NCBI RefSeq assembly: GCF_006345805.1
Contig: NC_043007.1
Coordinates: 21,824,001-21,888,000 of the forward strand
From: Octopus sinensis
Taxonomy: Eukaryota
DNA length: 64,000 nt
Direction: 5' to 3'
In this document: piece after piece, positions 39,027-52,511 of the stretch
Numbering within the stretch: position 1 is the stretch's first letter
Layout of the letters: each line of letters begins with the position of its first letter
Program-made: the position numbers and the translations under genes
The notes under the pieces: model-generated
Told to the model about the DNA's origin: nothing
Databases searched by the model: none
The model's input: only the letters and a program-made list of their open reading frames with translations

Positions 39027-39650
39027 GGTGAAGCACGACCTTCGAGCATTAGGCCTCACCGAGGCAATGACCAGTGACCGAGACTTTTGGAAATATGCTG
39101 TACTTGAGGAGACCCGGCAAGCCAAGTGAGACCATAACCTTGTGGACTATGCCAGGGGTGTAACCAGCCCACTTATGCATACCTTACCTTCATTGGACAC
39201 TGCTTGTGAAGACCTGTTGAGGCAAGTGAAATCGAAATCAAATTCGATGACTGGCATCCGTGCTAGTGGAGCACTAAGAGCACCATCTGAGCGTGATCGT
39301 TGCCACAGTGGCTAACTGGTGTTCCTGCCGGTGGCACATAATTAGCACCATTCGAGCGTGATCATCACCAGCGTCGCCTTACTGGCACTTGTGCCGGTGT
39401 GCAGGTGACATGTAAAAAAACACGACTTTTTCGTGGCCATTGCCAGTACTGCCTCAATGGCCCTCGTGCCCGTGGCACGTAAAAGCACCCACTACACTCT
39501 CGGAGTGGTTGGCGTTAGGAAGGGCATCCAGCTGTAGAAATATTGCCAGATCAAGATTGGAGCCTGGTGCAGCCATCTGGTTCGCCAGTCCTCAGTCATA
39601 CATCCAACCCATGCTAGCATGGAAAGCGGACGTTAAATAATGATGATATA
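39027..39650 (+). mobile_element. RTE-clade LINE 3' end (last ORF codons, repeat-bearing 3' UTR, (GAT)n tail)
   Basis: VKHDLRALGLTEAMTSDRDFWKYAVLEETRQAK*, then ggcgttaggaagggcatccagctgtagaaa...catgctagcatggaaagcggacgttaaa.atgatgat. Confidence 0.8.
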
Positions 39651-39782
39651 TAAACAATTGCATATATATATATATATAAGTTGAGTACAGAAATTCGGGG
39701 TGAGTACTTGATAATTGTAAGCACCTGTATATACCATTTGGTGGTGGAGTAAAAGGGTATTTACGGTATATTTGAAATATTA

Positions 39783-40076
39783 ATTTATAAAAATAGGGTA
39801 AAGTAAAATAATTTACTTTACCACATACCGAGTTTTTTAGAAATAGCAGCCAAAAATTTGGCTATTTCTTCCACTGCAAGAAAAGTCTCCCAGACAATGC
39901 ATACTCAGAAATAACTCACATAGGTATAAGGGAAAAATCAACGAAAGATCACATCCTTATACCTATGTGAGTTATTTCTGAGTATGCATTGTCTGGGAGA
40001 CTTTTCTTGCAGTAGAAGAAATAGCCAAATTTTTGGCTGCTATTTCTAAAGTTTACTTTACCCTATTTTTATAAAT
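39783..40076. repeat. Foldback inverted repeat (~96-bp inner stem plus 25-bp outer stem)
   Basis: 39836-39931 pairs with 39955-40050 (one mismatch seen); 39783-39807 pairs with 40052-40076. Confidence 0.92.
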
Positions 40077-40571
40077 ATATATATATATATATATATAGGT
40101 ATACGAATACATGTGTGTGAGTACATTTATATAGATTTATATACATATATACATATGTATGTATGAATTTTTTGAAAGACAATTATTTTTCTAGATTTAG
40201 GTTTATGATAATAGAGATTCATTAGTTTCAACGTTGATATACAAATATTTTCCACTACAAACTATTGTGTCAATCAATGAAATGGTTTACAAAGGAAATA
40301 TTTTAGATATTTTATTCTCATCTGTTGATTTTAACTTTGTTAATCAAACAGGAACCTCAGAATATATCTTGCTCTCATTTTCTTTCTTTATTAATCAGTT
40401 TGTTCATTCCTGAAGCTATGTCATCAAGCTTTCAGATTATCTATTAAAATAAATGTAGTTAATAGTAAATGCTGGCTGATTCAAGGTGGCAAAATTTAAA
40501 TAATCCCCCCCCCCCTCAAAAAAAAGTTGAGGTCAAAAGATTAAGAAAAAACTCTAGGTATAGGCGTTAGA

Positions 40572-40972
40572 ATGGCTGTGTGGTAAGTAGGTTGCTTACC
40601 AACCACATGGTTCTGGGTTCAGTCCCACTGCATGGCACCTTGGGCAAGTGTCTTCCATTATAGCCTCGGGCCTTGTGAGTGGATTTGGTAGACAGAAACT
40701 GAAAGAAGCCTGTTGTGTATATATATATATGTATGTAAGTATATATGTATGTGTGTGTGTTTGTGTTTCTGTGCTTGTCCCCACCAACATCGCTTGACAA
40801 CCGATGCTGGTGTGTTTATGTGCCCGTAACTTAGCGGTTTGGCAAAAGAGACCGATAGAATAAGTACTAGGCTTACAAAGAATAAGTCCTAGGGTCAGTT
40901 TGCTCGACTAAAGGCGGTGCTCCAGCATGGCCATAGTCAAATGACTGAAACATGTAAAAGAGTAAAGAGTAT
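40572..40972 (+). mobile_element. SINE family A
   Basis: Full-length match with a small deletion. Confidence 0.9.
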
Positions 40973-42154
40973 ATAATATGAAATGTAAGTTAAATATTGG
41001 TTTCAAATTTTGGCACAAGGCCAGCAAGTTTGTAAGAGAGATTAAATCGATTACATCGACCCCCAGTGATCGACTGGTACTTATTTTATCGACCCTGAAA
41101 GGATGAAAGACAAAATCAACCTTGGCAGAATTTGGACTCAGAACATAGAGACAGATGAAATGCCATAGAGCATTTTGCCTGGTGTGCTAACGATTCTGCC
41201 AGCTCACCGTCTTAATTTCATATGAAAGTTAATTATGTTTTATTCCACCACAAATGACAGAAAACAGTTATTTGAAATAACAGTCGCAGCCACGTCTGTA
41301 TGGGTAAGAAGCTTGCTTTCCTAACCATGTGTCCTGGGTACAGTCCCATTGTGCAGTACCTTGGGCAAGTATCTCCTACTATAGCCCTAGGCTGGCCAGG
41401 GCCTTGGAAGTGAATTTGGTAGACAGAAACTGAAAGCCCGAAGGCGGTGAGCTGGCAGAAACATTAGCACGCTAGGCGAAATGCATTGTGGTATTTTGTC
41501 TGCCACTACCTTCTGAGTTCAAATTCCGCCGAGGTTGACTTTGACTTTCATCCTTTCGGGGTCGATTAAATAAGTACCAGTTACGCACTGGGGTTGATAT
41601 AATCGACTTGATCCATCTGTCTGTCCTTGTTTGTCCCCTTTATGTGTAGCCTCTTGTGGGTAGTAACGAAATAAGAAACTGAAAGAAGCACATTGCACAT
41701 ATGTGTGTGGTTTTTGTCCCACACTGCTGCTTGAGAAACGGTGCTGGTTTGTTTACATTTAGGCAACTTAGCAGTTCGGCAAAGGCACCCAACAGAATAA
41801 GTGCTAGGCTTAAAAACAAACAGTCAGTCCAATTTGTCCAAAGATGAAAAAAACTGGGGTGTAATACTTCTTCATTTGTAGTTATCCTCTCTCTCTCTCC
41901 CTCTCTCTTTCTCCCTCCCTATCCCTCTCTGTCTCTCTCTCTCTCTCTCTCGCACACACACACACACACGTTTGTTCATTAGTAGTTATCCTGCCACGAG
42001 AAGAAAGGAAAAGCTGTTGTTGGAATAATGATATTTGAGGATCTGCTGCCTGGGGCAGAGAGAGAGATGCCAGTGTCAAACCAGATGTGAAGATACACAT
42101 GCTTATAAATGAAAGACGGAGGTGGTGGGGCGGAATTGTTTTACTGACAAGAAG

Positions 42155-42565
42155 TGTATGTACGCATATACATACATGTATGTATATATATATGTGTGTA
42201 CATATATAATATATATATATGTGTGTACTTATATACATACATATATATATATTGTACTTATATACATACATACATACATATATGTACTTATATACATACA
42301 TACATATATATATGTACTTATATACATACATACATACATATATGTACTTATATACATACATACATACATATATATACTTATATACATACATACATACATA
42401 TATATACTTATATACATACATACATACATATATATACTTATATACATACATACATACATATATATACTTATATACATACATACATACATATATATACTTA
42501 TATACATACATACATACATATATATACTTATATACATACATACATACATATATATACTTATATAC

Positions 42566-42603
<38 letters not shown>

Positions 42604-42749
42604 GTACTTACATACATATATATATATGTACTTACATATATATATTTGTACTTGCATACATACATATATATATGTACTTATATATATATATACATATATG
42701 TATATATGTTTGTATGTACTTACAAACATATATATATGTACTTACAAAC

Positions 42750-42818
<69 letters not shown>

Positions 42819-42975
42819 GTACTTACATATATACATACTTACATATATACATACATATATGTACTTACATACATACATATATGTACAAACATAATTTTAT
42901 GTGTGTGTGTGTACTTATATATATGTACATACATACATATAAATATATATACACACACACATACATACATACACA
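42155..42975. repeat. Compound microsatellite with a 30-bp higher-order unit
   Basis: tatatacttatatacatacatacatacata is repeated about 7 times at 42371-42580. Confidence 0.95.
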
Positions 42976-43289
42976 CAAAAAAAGTTATTTGGCCTACTAC
43001 TGTTAGTGAATCTAAGCAGCCGAGCTGGGTCAACATCAGCAGTAAGTAAACAGAGGGAGACGACGACGGACTCGACTCGGAGGGGCTGATGGTGCTGGTG
43101 GTGCTGGTTGGTGGTGGTGGTGGTGGTAGCTCGTTAAGTTGGGTGGCATCAACATTCGGGTCACTTGACAACATGGCAGTTAGCAGCTTTATACTCTCCA
43201 CAACATGCCAACCAAACAACAACAACAACAATAATAATGATAATAATGATAATGATAATACAAGTGTACATCAATTGAAGATTTACTCT

Positions 43290-43642
43290 TCCTCTCTTTT
43301 ACTCTTTTACTCGTTTCAGTCATTTGACTGCGGCCATGCTGGAGCACCGCCTTTTTTTAGTCGAGCAAATCGACCCCGGGACTTATTCTTTTGTAAGCCC
43401 AGTACTTATTCTATCGGTCTCTTTTTGCCGAACCGCTAAGTAAACACACCAGCATCGGGGACAAACACAGGCATACAAACACACACACATATATATATAC
43501 GACAGGCTTCTTTCAGTTTCCGTCTACCAAATCCACTCACAAGGCATTGGTCGGCCCGGGTCTATAGCAGAAGACACTTGCCCAAGATGCCACGCAGTGG
43601 GACTGAACCCGGAACCATGTGGTTGGTTAGCAAGCTACTTAC
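43290..43642 (-). mobile_element. SINE family A
   Basis: Match with internal deletions. Confidence 0.9.
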
Positions 43643-44054
43643 CACACAGCCACTCATGCGCCTATTTGTTTTCTCTTGTAAACAAATTTAAAGTAAAAGA
43701 AATGAGTTGGTGAGGAAAGACCCCTAGAAACGTTTAAGATACCACATAAGGCAAAATATGTTATTTAAATGCAAGTGGGCCCTGATGGAGCAGGTCTTTG
43801 ATCGAAAGCGCTCCAGCTTATGACCACCCAGTGTTTTGTTGTGTTTTTTTTTGGGGGGGGGGTTGCATTGGATCTCTGATATTGAACCGAACCGAGTAGG
43901 TTTATATATGTTGTCTTTCTGAAGACTGTAGGGTGTGATTGAAGGATTGAAAGGAAATTTGGCTGCGATTTCTAGCCAAGACAAAACCACCACATTGGCT
44001 CTATGTTGATTTGATTTGTGCTAAAACATACTCATACATCTTAACATATATAAC

Positions 44055-44086
<32 letters not shown>

Positions 44087-44361
44087 AATATATATAATAT
44101 TTAATAAATATATATATATACACACATCTAATTATTATCATCATTATTACTATATATACATATAGTAATAATGATGATAATAATTAGATGTGTGTATATA
44201 TATATATATTTATTAAATATTATATTGTTATAATAATAATAATAAATTATATATATATATATATATAAAACATACATACACACATATATACACAAATATA
44301 TGTAAGCATACCTACATAAACAAATAATGTATACATGCACAAATGCGCAACATTCATACAC

Positions 44362-44404
<43 letters not shown>

Positions 44405-44907
44405 CATATATACACACATATAGAAAAGAGAGAGAGAGAGAGAACGTGAGAAGTAAATAGACTTAATTGTAATTCTAAAAAAAGGTCTGTTTAAAAAAAA
44501 ATCGCAGCCGATATCCTAGCATTTAGGCAAGAAAATAGTTAATCAATTGTCAAGCAATTCACAGAAATCAGTTTTAATTACTACTGCACGCATATAATTA
44601 GACGGTTTATGAGAGAGAAGGGAAAATTGCCTGGCTTCAGTTGACAAGTATTGGCGGAGGAGGTTGAACTGTGACAATGATTAAAACTGTAACACACACA
44701 TCATTTCCCTAGGGTATATATATATATATAGATGATTGACAAGGTACTAATACATGACTGGTACTAATTTAGCTGGCCCCGGGTTGAATGAATAATGAAC
44801 AGCAGCAAGCTTGATAATAGGGAAATATCTAAACCCAGAGACGGGAGTCCAGCATCTAGATTAGATATAACCCTTCGCCTTGTGTGTGTGAGTGTGTACA
44901 CATATAT

Positions 44908-45244
44908 ATTTCTTTACTACCCACAAGGGGCTAAACACAGAGGGGACAAACAAGGACAGACACACGGATTGGGTCGGTTATATCGACCCCAGTGCGTAAC
45001 TGGTACTTAATTTAATCGACCCCGAAAGGATGAAAGGCAAAGTCGACCTCGGTGGAATTTGAACTCAGAACGTAGCGGCAGACGAAATACCTATTTCTTT
45101 ACTACCCACAAGGGGCTAAACACAGAGGGGACAAACAAGGACAGACAAACGGATTAAGTCGATTATATCGACCCCAGTGCGTAACTGGTACTTAATTTAT
45201 CGACCCCGAAAGGATGAAATGCAAAGTCGACCTCGGCGGAATGT
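44908..45244 (-). mobile_element. SINE family B dimer with a 16-bp TSD
   Basis: TSD gtgtgtacacatatat at 44892-44907 and 45245-45260; unit junction at 45090/45091. Confidence 0.85.
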
Positions 45245-45322
45245 GTGTGTACACATATATGCACACAGATAGTGATGTTTATTTCAATTTCGAATACAAA
45301 TGGAAATTGTAGACAACATCGG

Positions 45323-45601
45323 GGCACTACTTGAGAACAGGGGTCCCGGTGCGCGCACTCGCGCAAGCTAGTCATGACTAGTCGATCCTTACTTTGTGTT
45401 TTTGTGTTATTTACTTTGTTTAAAAAATTATTTACTTTGTTGTTTTTGTGTTTTATTTACTTTGTTTAACAAAAATTATTTATCTTGTGTTTTATTTACT
45501 TTGCAAGGTAGTCGTTGTAGGATCGACTAGTCACGACTAGCCAGCACGGATGCGCGAGCACGCGAATGCGCGCACCGGGACCGCTGTTCTCAAGTAGTAC
45601 C
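45323..45601. mobile_element. MITE with long TIRs and a 9-bp TSD (Merlin- or MULE-like)
   Basis: TSD caacatcgg at 45314-45322 and 45602-45610; termini GG(C/T)ACTAC; TIR core gaacag.ggtcccggtgcgcgca...ctagtcg. Confidence 0.85.
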
Positions 45602-46081
45602 CAACATCGGTTTCATTCTTTCATTAAAAAAAAATGCAAAACTTTTAATTTTTAAAAAAAAATACGATTTTAACGAGTAAAGAGTCTAAAAGATAATGAA
45701 TAATATAAACACAAATAATTAATAAACAATTTCCCTTTATTCACGGCACAGCTTTTCTTCATTAATAACACCGAGATTGTATCTGGAGGAGCTTAGCAGA
45801 CGGCATTATATCTTTAACTGTTTAAAATTCTGAAGCACAAACACACACACACGTGCGTTAATCACCGCCACCACTGCTTGAAGACGGTGTTGGTTTGTAT
45901 ACGTCCCCGGCCGTTACGTTCTGAGTTCAAATTCCGCCGAGGTCGACTTTGCCTTTCATCCTTTCCGGGTCGATAAATTAAGTACCAGTTATGCACTGGG
46001 GGTGATATATTTGACTTAATCCGTTTGTCTGTCCTTGTTTGTCCCCTCTATGTGTAGCCCCTTGTGGGTAGTAATGAAATA

Positions 46082-46433
46082 GGTACTACTAGCGAACAGT
46101 GGTCCCGGTGCCCGCACTCGCGCCAGCTAGTCGTAAGTAGTCGATCCTACAACGACTTGCGGCGCGCGTATGTTTGCATTTCAAGGCTGAATACATATCA
46201 AAAGAAAATTAAATAATATGGCGGTGCCCCAGCATGGCCACAGCTCGTGAGCTGAAACTAGATAAAATAAAATAAAGTATTTTTCGAACAAAGTAAATAA
46301 TTTTTTAAACTAAGTAAATAAATTATTTTTATTAACAAACTAAGGTTAGGGTTAAAATGTCGTTGTAGGATCGACTACTTACGACTAGCTAGCGCGAGTG
46401 CGCGCACCGGGACCACTGTTCGCGAGTAGTACT
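46082..46433. mobile_element. Second copy of the GGTACTAC MITE, carrying a LINE-tail insertion
   Basis: ~75-bp near-perfect TIRs (ggtactact.gcgaacagtggtcccggtg...gatcctacaacgac); internal acaaagtaaataatttttt repeats inverted relative to the first copy. Confidence 0.85.
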
Positions 46434-49400
46434 CCCCGGATCTTAGCGGTTCGTCAAAAGAGACCAATAGAATAAGAACCTGACTTTAAAAGATTGCTTC
46501 AGACTAATCTCAATAGTTATATGAGGGTTAAGAAGGGGGCCTGGGATCGATGTGTCAGGGACATTTTTTCTTTTCTTTTTCTGACAAGAAGCGTGTGTAC
46601 GCCGCTTCTAAAATACCTTTTGTGCATTGATGATTTAAACTCGACGACCCCGTTTCAATTCCCAAGCAGGGGCTTGTCACAACCGCCACCACCAAGTGTC
46701 AACTGAGAAAGACATGAATGTCACAACCTCCCGCTTCCTCTCCTCCAGTAAACCTGAAACTTCATAAAAATAAAATAAAATAATGAGGGGATCGACAGGG
46801 GGCAGACAGCAGCCGCGGGATAGCAAAATAGGGAGAGAAATGTGTGAAGAAATCGAAAGCAGCCTTTAAGAGGAGTCCACTACAATAGCAGATAAAAGGT
46901 TAGGGAACCATAACACCAGAAAGGGTGAAATAAATAGTAATAGCAGCAGAAAGAGTAATAGAAGATGTTATTGTTAGTCCCTGGTCTATCCTAATTGAAT
47001 TGTCCTGTGATAAAAGGCATTTCAGTCGAGATAATTACTAATTACTAAATATTTACATACTGTAACGTCTAGGATTAATAAGAAAATTTCATTGCAAAAA
47101 TATTCATTTTTCTGAAAGCTGTGTAAAAACAAAAGTCAACTGGATTAAATCAATTATCCGAGACTTTATTGACCATTCCGAAAAAAAAAAAAAAATTCCA
47201 CAAAAAAATTCCGACATAAACCTAAAAGGTATTTGTTGAAAACTTCAATGAAAGAAGATATCCATTTTTCTGAAAGTTATGAGGAAACAAAGTCGGGTAG
47301 GAAAGTGTAGGTATGCCAATTATTCAATGTGACCTGGCTCCTTTAAGACGGTTGGATGTGATTTAGCCAGAATGATTTGGTTGCTATTCCTAGCAGAGTG
47401 AACGGTCATGAAGTAGAGAGGGTCCCTTGTAAATAACGGTAACAATTAAGCTGTAAAGGGGGCAGTTATTAAGCGGTGTGATGAAAAACAATAATAGCAG
47501 GAACATCCACAACAATGACGGTCGGCAGCAATTAACCATTGGAAAGAATAAAAACACACACACACACACACACATTAGTAAGACTTCGATGAAGGCGATC
47601 ACAACATAAGAAAATATGGGTGACCTCCACGTTAATACAGGGTAGAAGCGAATCGACAGTAGATGAGAAAAAAAAAGGGACAAAGCAGCCCCATTAGCTG
47701 ACAGACATCCAGTGGGGTCGCGAGAACCTAAAAGATAGCGACAGCAATATCTTATGGGATAAATGCAACGGTTTTACAAATAGTGAAGGTAACCCCTGGG
47801 TATTACTAGTCTCCAGTCCAAAAATTTATGGGGCCAATTACCCGGGTTCCATAACGCATACGTGACCAAGAGAGATTACAACATACACTCGGAACAGACG
47901 CCAGTTCGTTGAAAGGGTTTCGCATTTGTAGATGAGTGGACAGGAGCAATGTGAAATGAAGGGTTTTGCTCAAGAACACGATGACCAACCTGGTCTGGGA
48001 ATCGAAATTACGATCCTGCGATGGATGCAACACCCCTAACTAACTATTAGATTATGCGTCCTTCACACAAATATCAAACAGAAATAATAGTAACCAGGAG
48101 ATTTAATAAATGGAAATAGTGTGGAAGTCTTGGAGAAGAAAAATGAAGTTGGTAACTATTGTCGACCAGCACTCAAATCAATATAAGTGTGGTCAACAGA
48201 CTTCTATATCAACTGATTCTAGAGGTTGGTCAGTTTAATTCCGTCAAGGAACTGATAAGCCTGCTCTGGAAAGTATCGGATTGGAAAAAAAAAATGAAGA
48301 GATACATGTGCCCGAGGATGAAATGTTGACGAACGTTTCGGGGGAACACCCTTCGTCAGAGTAAAAATAGGTGATCTCAAGTTGTATGAACGATTCTTAC
48401 AAAACTGTAAATTCTAAGTCGTTTTCAAACTATTTTTGTTGAACAATTTAGTTGAACAATGTAGATACAGTAGTCCCAACATGGAATAAACTTCAAGAAT
48501 CCCTGGTAATGACACAGTTTAAGCATTTCCCGAAAGAGTTTTTAGACAATGTAAATCTTCATTTTTTTTTCTCTACAAAAGTGAGGCTCTCTAAGTCAAA
48601 TAATGTTTATGCTTTTTTTCTTTTAGTAAGAAATCGACGAAGGAAAATACTACCCTTTTAACATTCAAACAATACCCCGGACAAATTCCTCCAAGAAATA
48701 CCAGAAAAACCGACGAAACTCTACGGCATGGACAAACTTTTTCTAGAAACGGACACGAAAAGAATTCGAGGTAATTTTTCGTTAAGCGTGCCTTTCAGAG
48801 AATCCTGAGGGGGTCGCAGTTTGCCCATGATTATCCTAAAACACCACTTCAAAAGACTACCACAGGCAATGCTATAAAGTTAGACATGGCCTGGGCTAAT
48901 AATGACCAAAACCCACCTAAGCTCTGTGGATGTGTGTGTTATAAGATACGGTCGGTTTAAGTTCAATATAAAATTTGTTTCAGTGTTTTCATTGAATTGC
49001 TTACAGTATAAATGTGAACTTGTAGATTTCATAGTCTAGAATATCAAACAATTATTTTATTTTTTTTTTGTTCGTGCATAATGGTTTTGAATGCAATGCA
49101 AAATAAAATGTATTTATTATTATCATGTGTGGAAAATAAGATTGAAAACAACGACAGCTTTACCTCGAGGATAAATAGGTCAGTTTTTATTGGATTTTTA
49201 TATATATATATATATTTTAATATAGTAAACGAAATTAACAATAACCATGTGACTTATATGGACGAGCACCGCCCGAAACGTTAGTCGCACCACACAGCAT
49301 TGTTTTTAATTGCAACTACTTCGCATGGCTAAGAGCGGTTAGGTCAGTGAACTGGGAAGAACTGCTGGACAATTCTCATTTCTCCATCTATGGCTAGCTT

Positions 49401-50866
49401 AGTTCCAATTGAAACAGTTCTAGATTTTTAAAAAAATAAATAAATTACAGTCGACCTGTCCGGCTCGGTCGATAAATTGTTGACCAGTACGCTCAGTCGT
49501 TACCTAATTCCATTAGATTATTCTTTAAAAAAATAATAAATCTACGTGCAACTTAAGACAAATAGAGTTTGGGGAACAATTTAGGGGACAAGGATCAAAA
49601 CCTTTTTTATTTATTTATTTTTTTTGGAAGCAAACGGTATTTTACCTGATTATCTAATATAATTTTTCTACGTTCCGAGTTCAAATACTACCGATGTCTC
49701 AACACTGACTTTTACCCCCTTGGGGTCAATTTTAGTAGACGATACGTCTCCCCTACGAAATGTGTGGCCTTTTGCCAAGTAAATTAATAACGATCGCTAG
49801 TAACAAAGCACAAATGGAGAAGAGACCAAACGACAAACAGTTGTTTTGTGTCCACATTCTGCTTATGTAAATATCAGTCATGTACCGAGTATACTTCGCT
49901 ATAAATTCGAGGCCTTTTGTCGCCAGTGTCAGAATTTATTATTAAACAGCAGAGCAAGAGCGACAGGGACACATACAGTCGAGAGGTCAGCAGTTCATAT
50001 CCTGTCTCATGAAATGTGTCTACCCGTGTCCATGATATATAGTGGCTCTGGCTACATTACGACTATGGAGTGGCAAAAATCGTAAGGAGAAACTAAAAAT
50101 GCCTTATAGTATTTCGGTAATATCCCGAGTTCAAATTCATCCGAGATCGACATTAACTTCTCATCCTTGTCCCTTAGCATCGACTCTACAACAAGTAACA
50201 GTAATATATCGGGTGTCGATTTTATCAACTTAGACATACCTTCCCCAGCACCACTATGGATTTGTGGGGAATTATAAATATATATATATATATTAGACAT
50301 TCTAGATATATGAGATTCGCTTGTACCACAATCTTGGAAATGAAGTTGTTAATTCCCACCTCCAAAACCGATTTTGACTGGCATAACATGAAGAAAACGG
50401 TTGGAATGAGAGGTATCAAATGCCACGACCAAATAGCATTTAGCTCAATCTAGATTTGATAAGAGATAATGGCGAAATAGTAAATGTGGTTTGGTGTGTG
50501 TATAGAAAGATAACTGGACAAATGGTAATATTTATAGTTACTGAATGTTATTAGAGAGGCGGTGACGGAACAATAGACCCGATATTGTTATCGAACAGTT
50601 CAGAAATCTAGTATCTAGAGAGACGGACCATGAAGATCTTGTTGACAGTCGCTACACATAATGATAGAGTTTATAAAACAAAAAGATAAAGTACAACAGA
50701 ATGCAAACAGCTCCAAGTCAACCCTGATCACAGGCATTCCCTGTTGTCATCGTCCCGTTTTGCTCCTAGGCATGGTGTACTTAGGAGAACCACATTGTCC
50801 AAGGCGATAGAGTGTAGTCTCTGAGGGAGATTTGAGTATTATTTTCAGCAGGTCGACCGATCGTGT

Positions 50867-50899
<33 letters not shown>

Positions 50900-51229
50900 T
50901 CATCACATTGGCTCTACAGTTAATAATAGTAAATGTTGTACACTAGATTATATCGTGAAAAAGGAAGTTAGAATATTTGCCAACACATGGAATGGAAAAC
51001 GTAAATAACCGAAGCTACAAGTTTATGACAAAGGAAAGGAAGGAAGGAAGGAAAGAAGGAAGGGGGGAAAAAACTCATCGCAAAATAAAAGGAATTTAAA
51101 AAAAAAAAGATTATTATAAAACTAGGTGAATATCTGAGTAGATATGTCGAAGAGAAAATAATATTGTTGGTAGTGGTGGTGGTAGAAAGGAGGAAACACC
51201 CCCTCATGTCATTTTAGGTGTAAATGCAG

Positions 51230-51836
51230 AAATATATATATCTACATATATATACACACATACATATATATATACATATCTACATATACACACACATATA
51301 TATATATATATACATATCTACATATATACACACACATATATATATATATACATATCTACATATATACACAGATCTATATACATATCTACATATATATACA
51401 CACACACACACACATATATACATAACATATTTATATACACACACACACACATATATACATAACATATTTATATATACACACACACATATATACATATCTA
51501 CATATATACACACACATATATATATATACATATCTACATATATATATACACACACACATATATATATACATACATATCTACATATATATATATACACACA
51601 CACATATATATACATACATATCTACATATATATATATACACACACACATTATATATATACATATTTACATATATATATACATATCTACACACACATTATA
51701 TATATACATATTTACATATATATATACATATCTACACACACACATATATATATACATATTTACATATATATATACATATCTACACACACACATATATATA
51801 TATATATATACACACATTATATATACACATATCTAC

Positions 51837-51869
<33 letters not shown>

Positions 51870-51938
51870 TTATATATACACATATCTACATATATATATA
51901 TATAATATATATATATACACACATTATATACACATATC

Positions 51939-51999
<61 letters not shown>

Positions 52000-52015
52000 A
52001 TTATATATATATATA
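51230..52015. repeat. Compound (TA)/(CA)/atctac microsatellite
   Basis: Direct reading. Confidence 0.95.
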
Positions 52016-52511
52016 GCAATTTAACATACAAAGGAGGGGATTAGATAAAGGCCTCGGTCAAGGCAGAAAATACACCTGACCGTATAGAGCCGAAACAATA
52101 AGGTGAAGAAAAAAAAAATACGAAATAGAAATATCCACAGTAATATTGTTATACTAAGACGAGAAAATCTTAGTCACTGAAGACACTAATCTGTCTGGAG
52201 ACAAATTTTAGTGAAATACTATTCTATCGATAGAGTGTAATCTCATGGATGGTTAGACCTATTGTATATTATTAAGTCTGGTATATCATTAGAGTGTAGT
52301 AGTAATCTATGGCTCAAACATGATAATAAACTCAATTAATAGTTTGTACTGTATAGTACTAGGCTGTATTGGTAGACAGACTATCATAAAACTGGTTAGA
52401 TTGTCTGGAGTGTGGCTATGAAATTGGTAAGGTAGTAGAATATTACGCCATAAGTTACCATACTATCGATGAAGAATATATTATAGTATGGTATTGCACT
52501 ATCACTAAATA

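Noticed and set aside
42839-43231. Pro/Ser-rich ORF with a hydrophobic stretch
   Set aside because: Low-complexity trinucleotide sequence running into a microsatellite, with no usable splice sites.
47390-47683. Hydrophobic MVNCCRPSLLWMFLLLLFF segment as a signal exon
   Set aside because: No phase 1 GT donor follows it.
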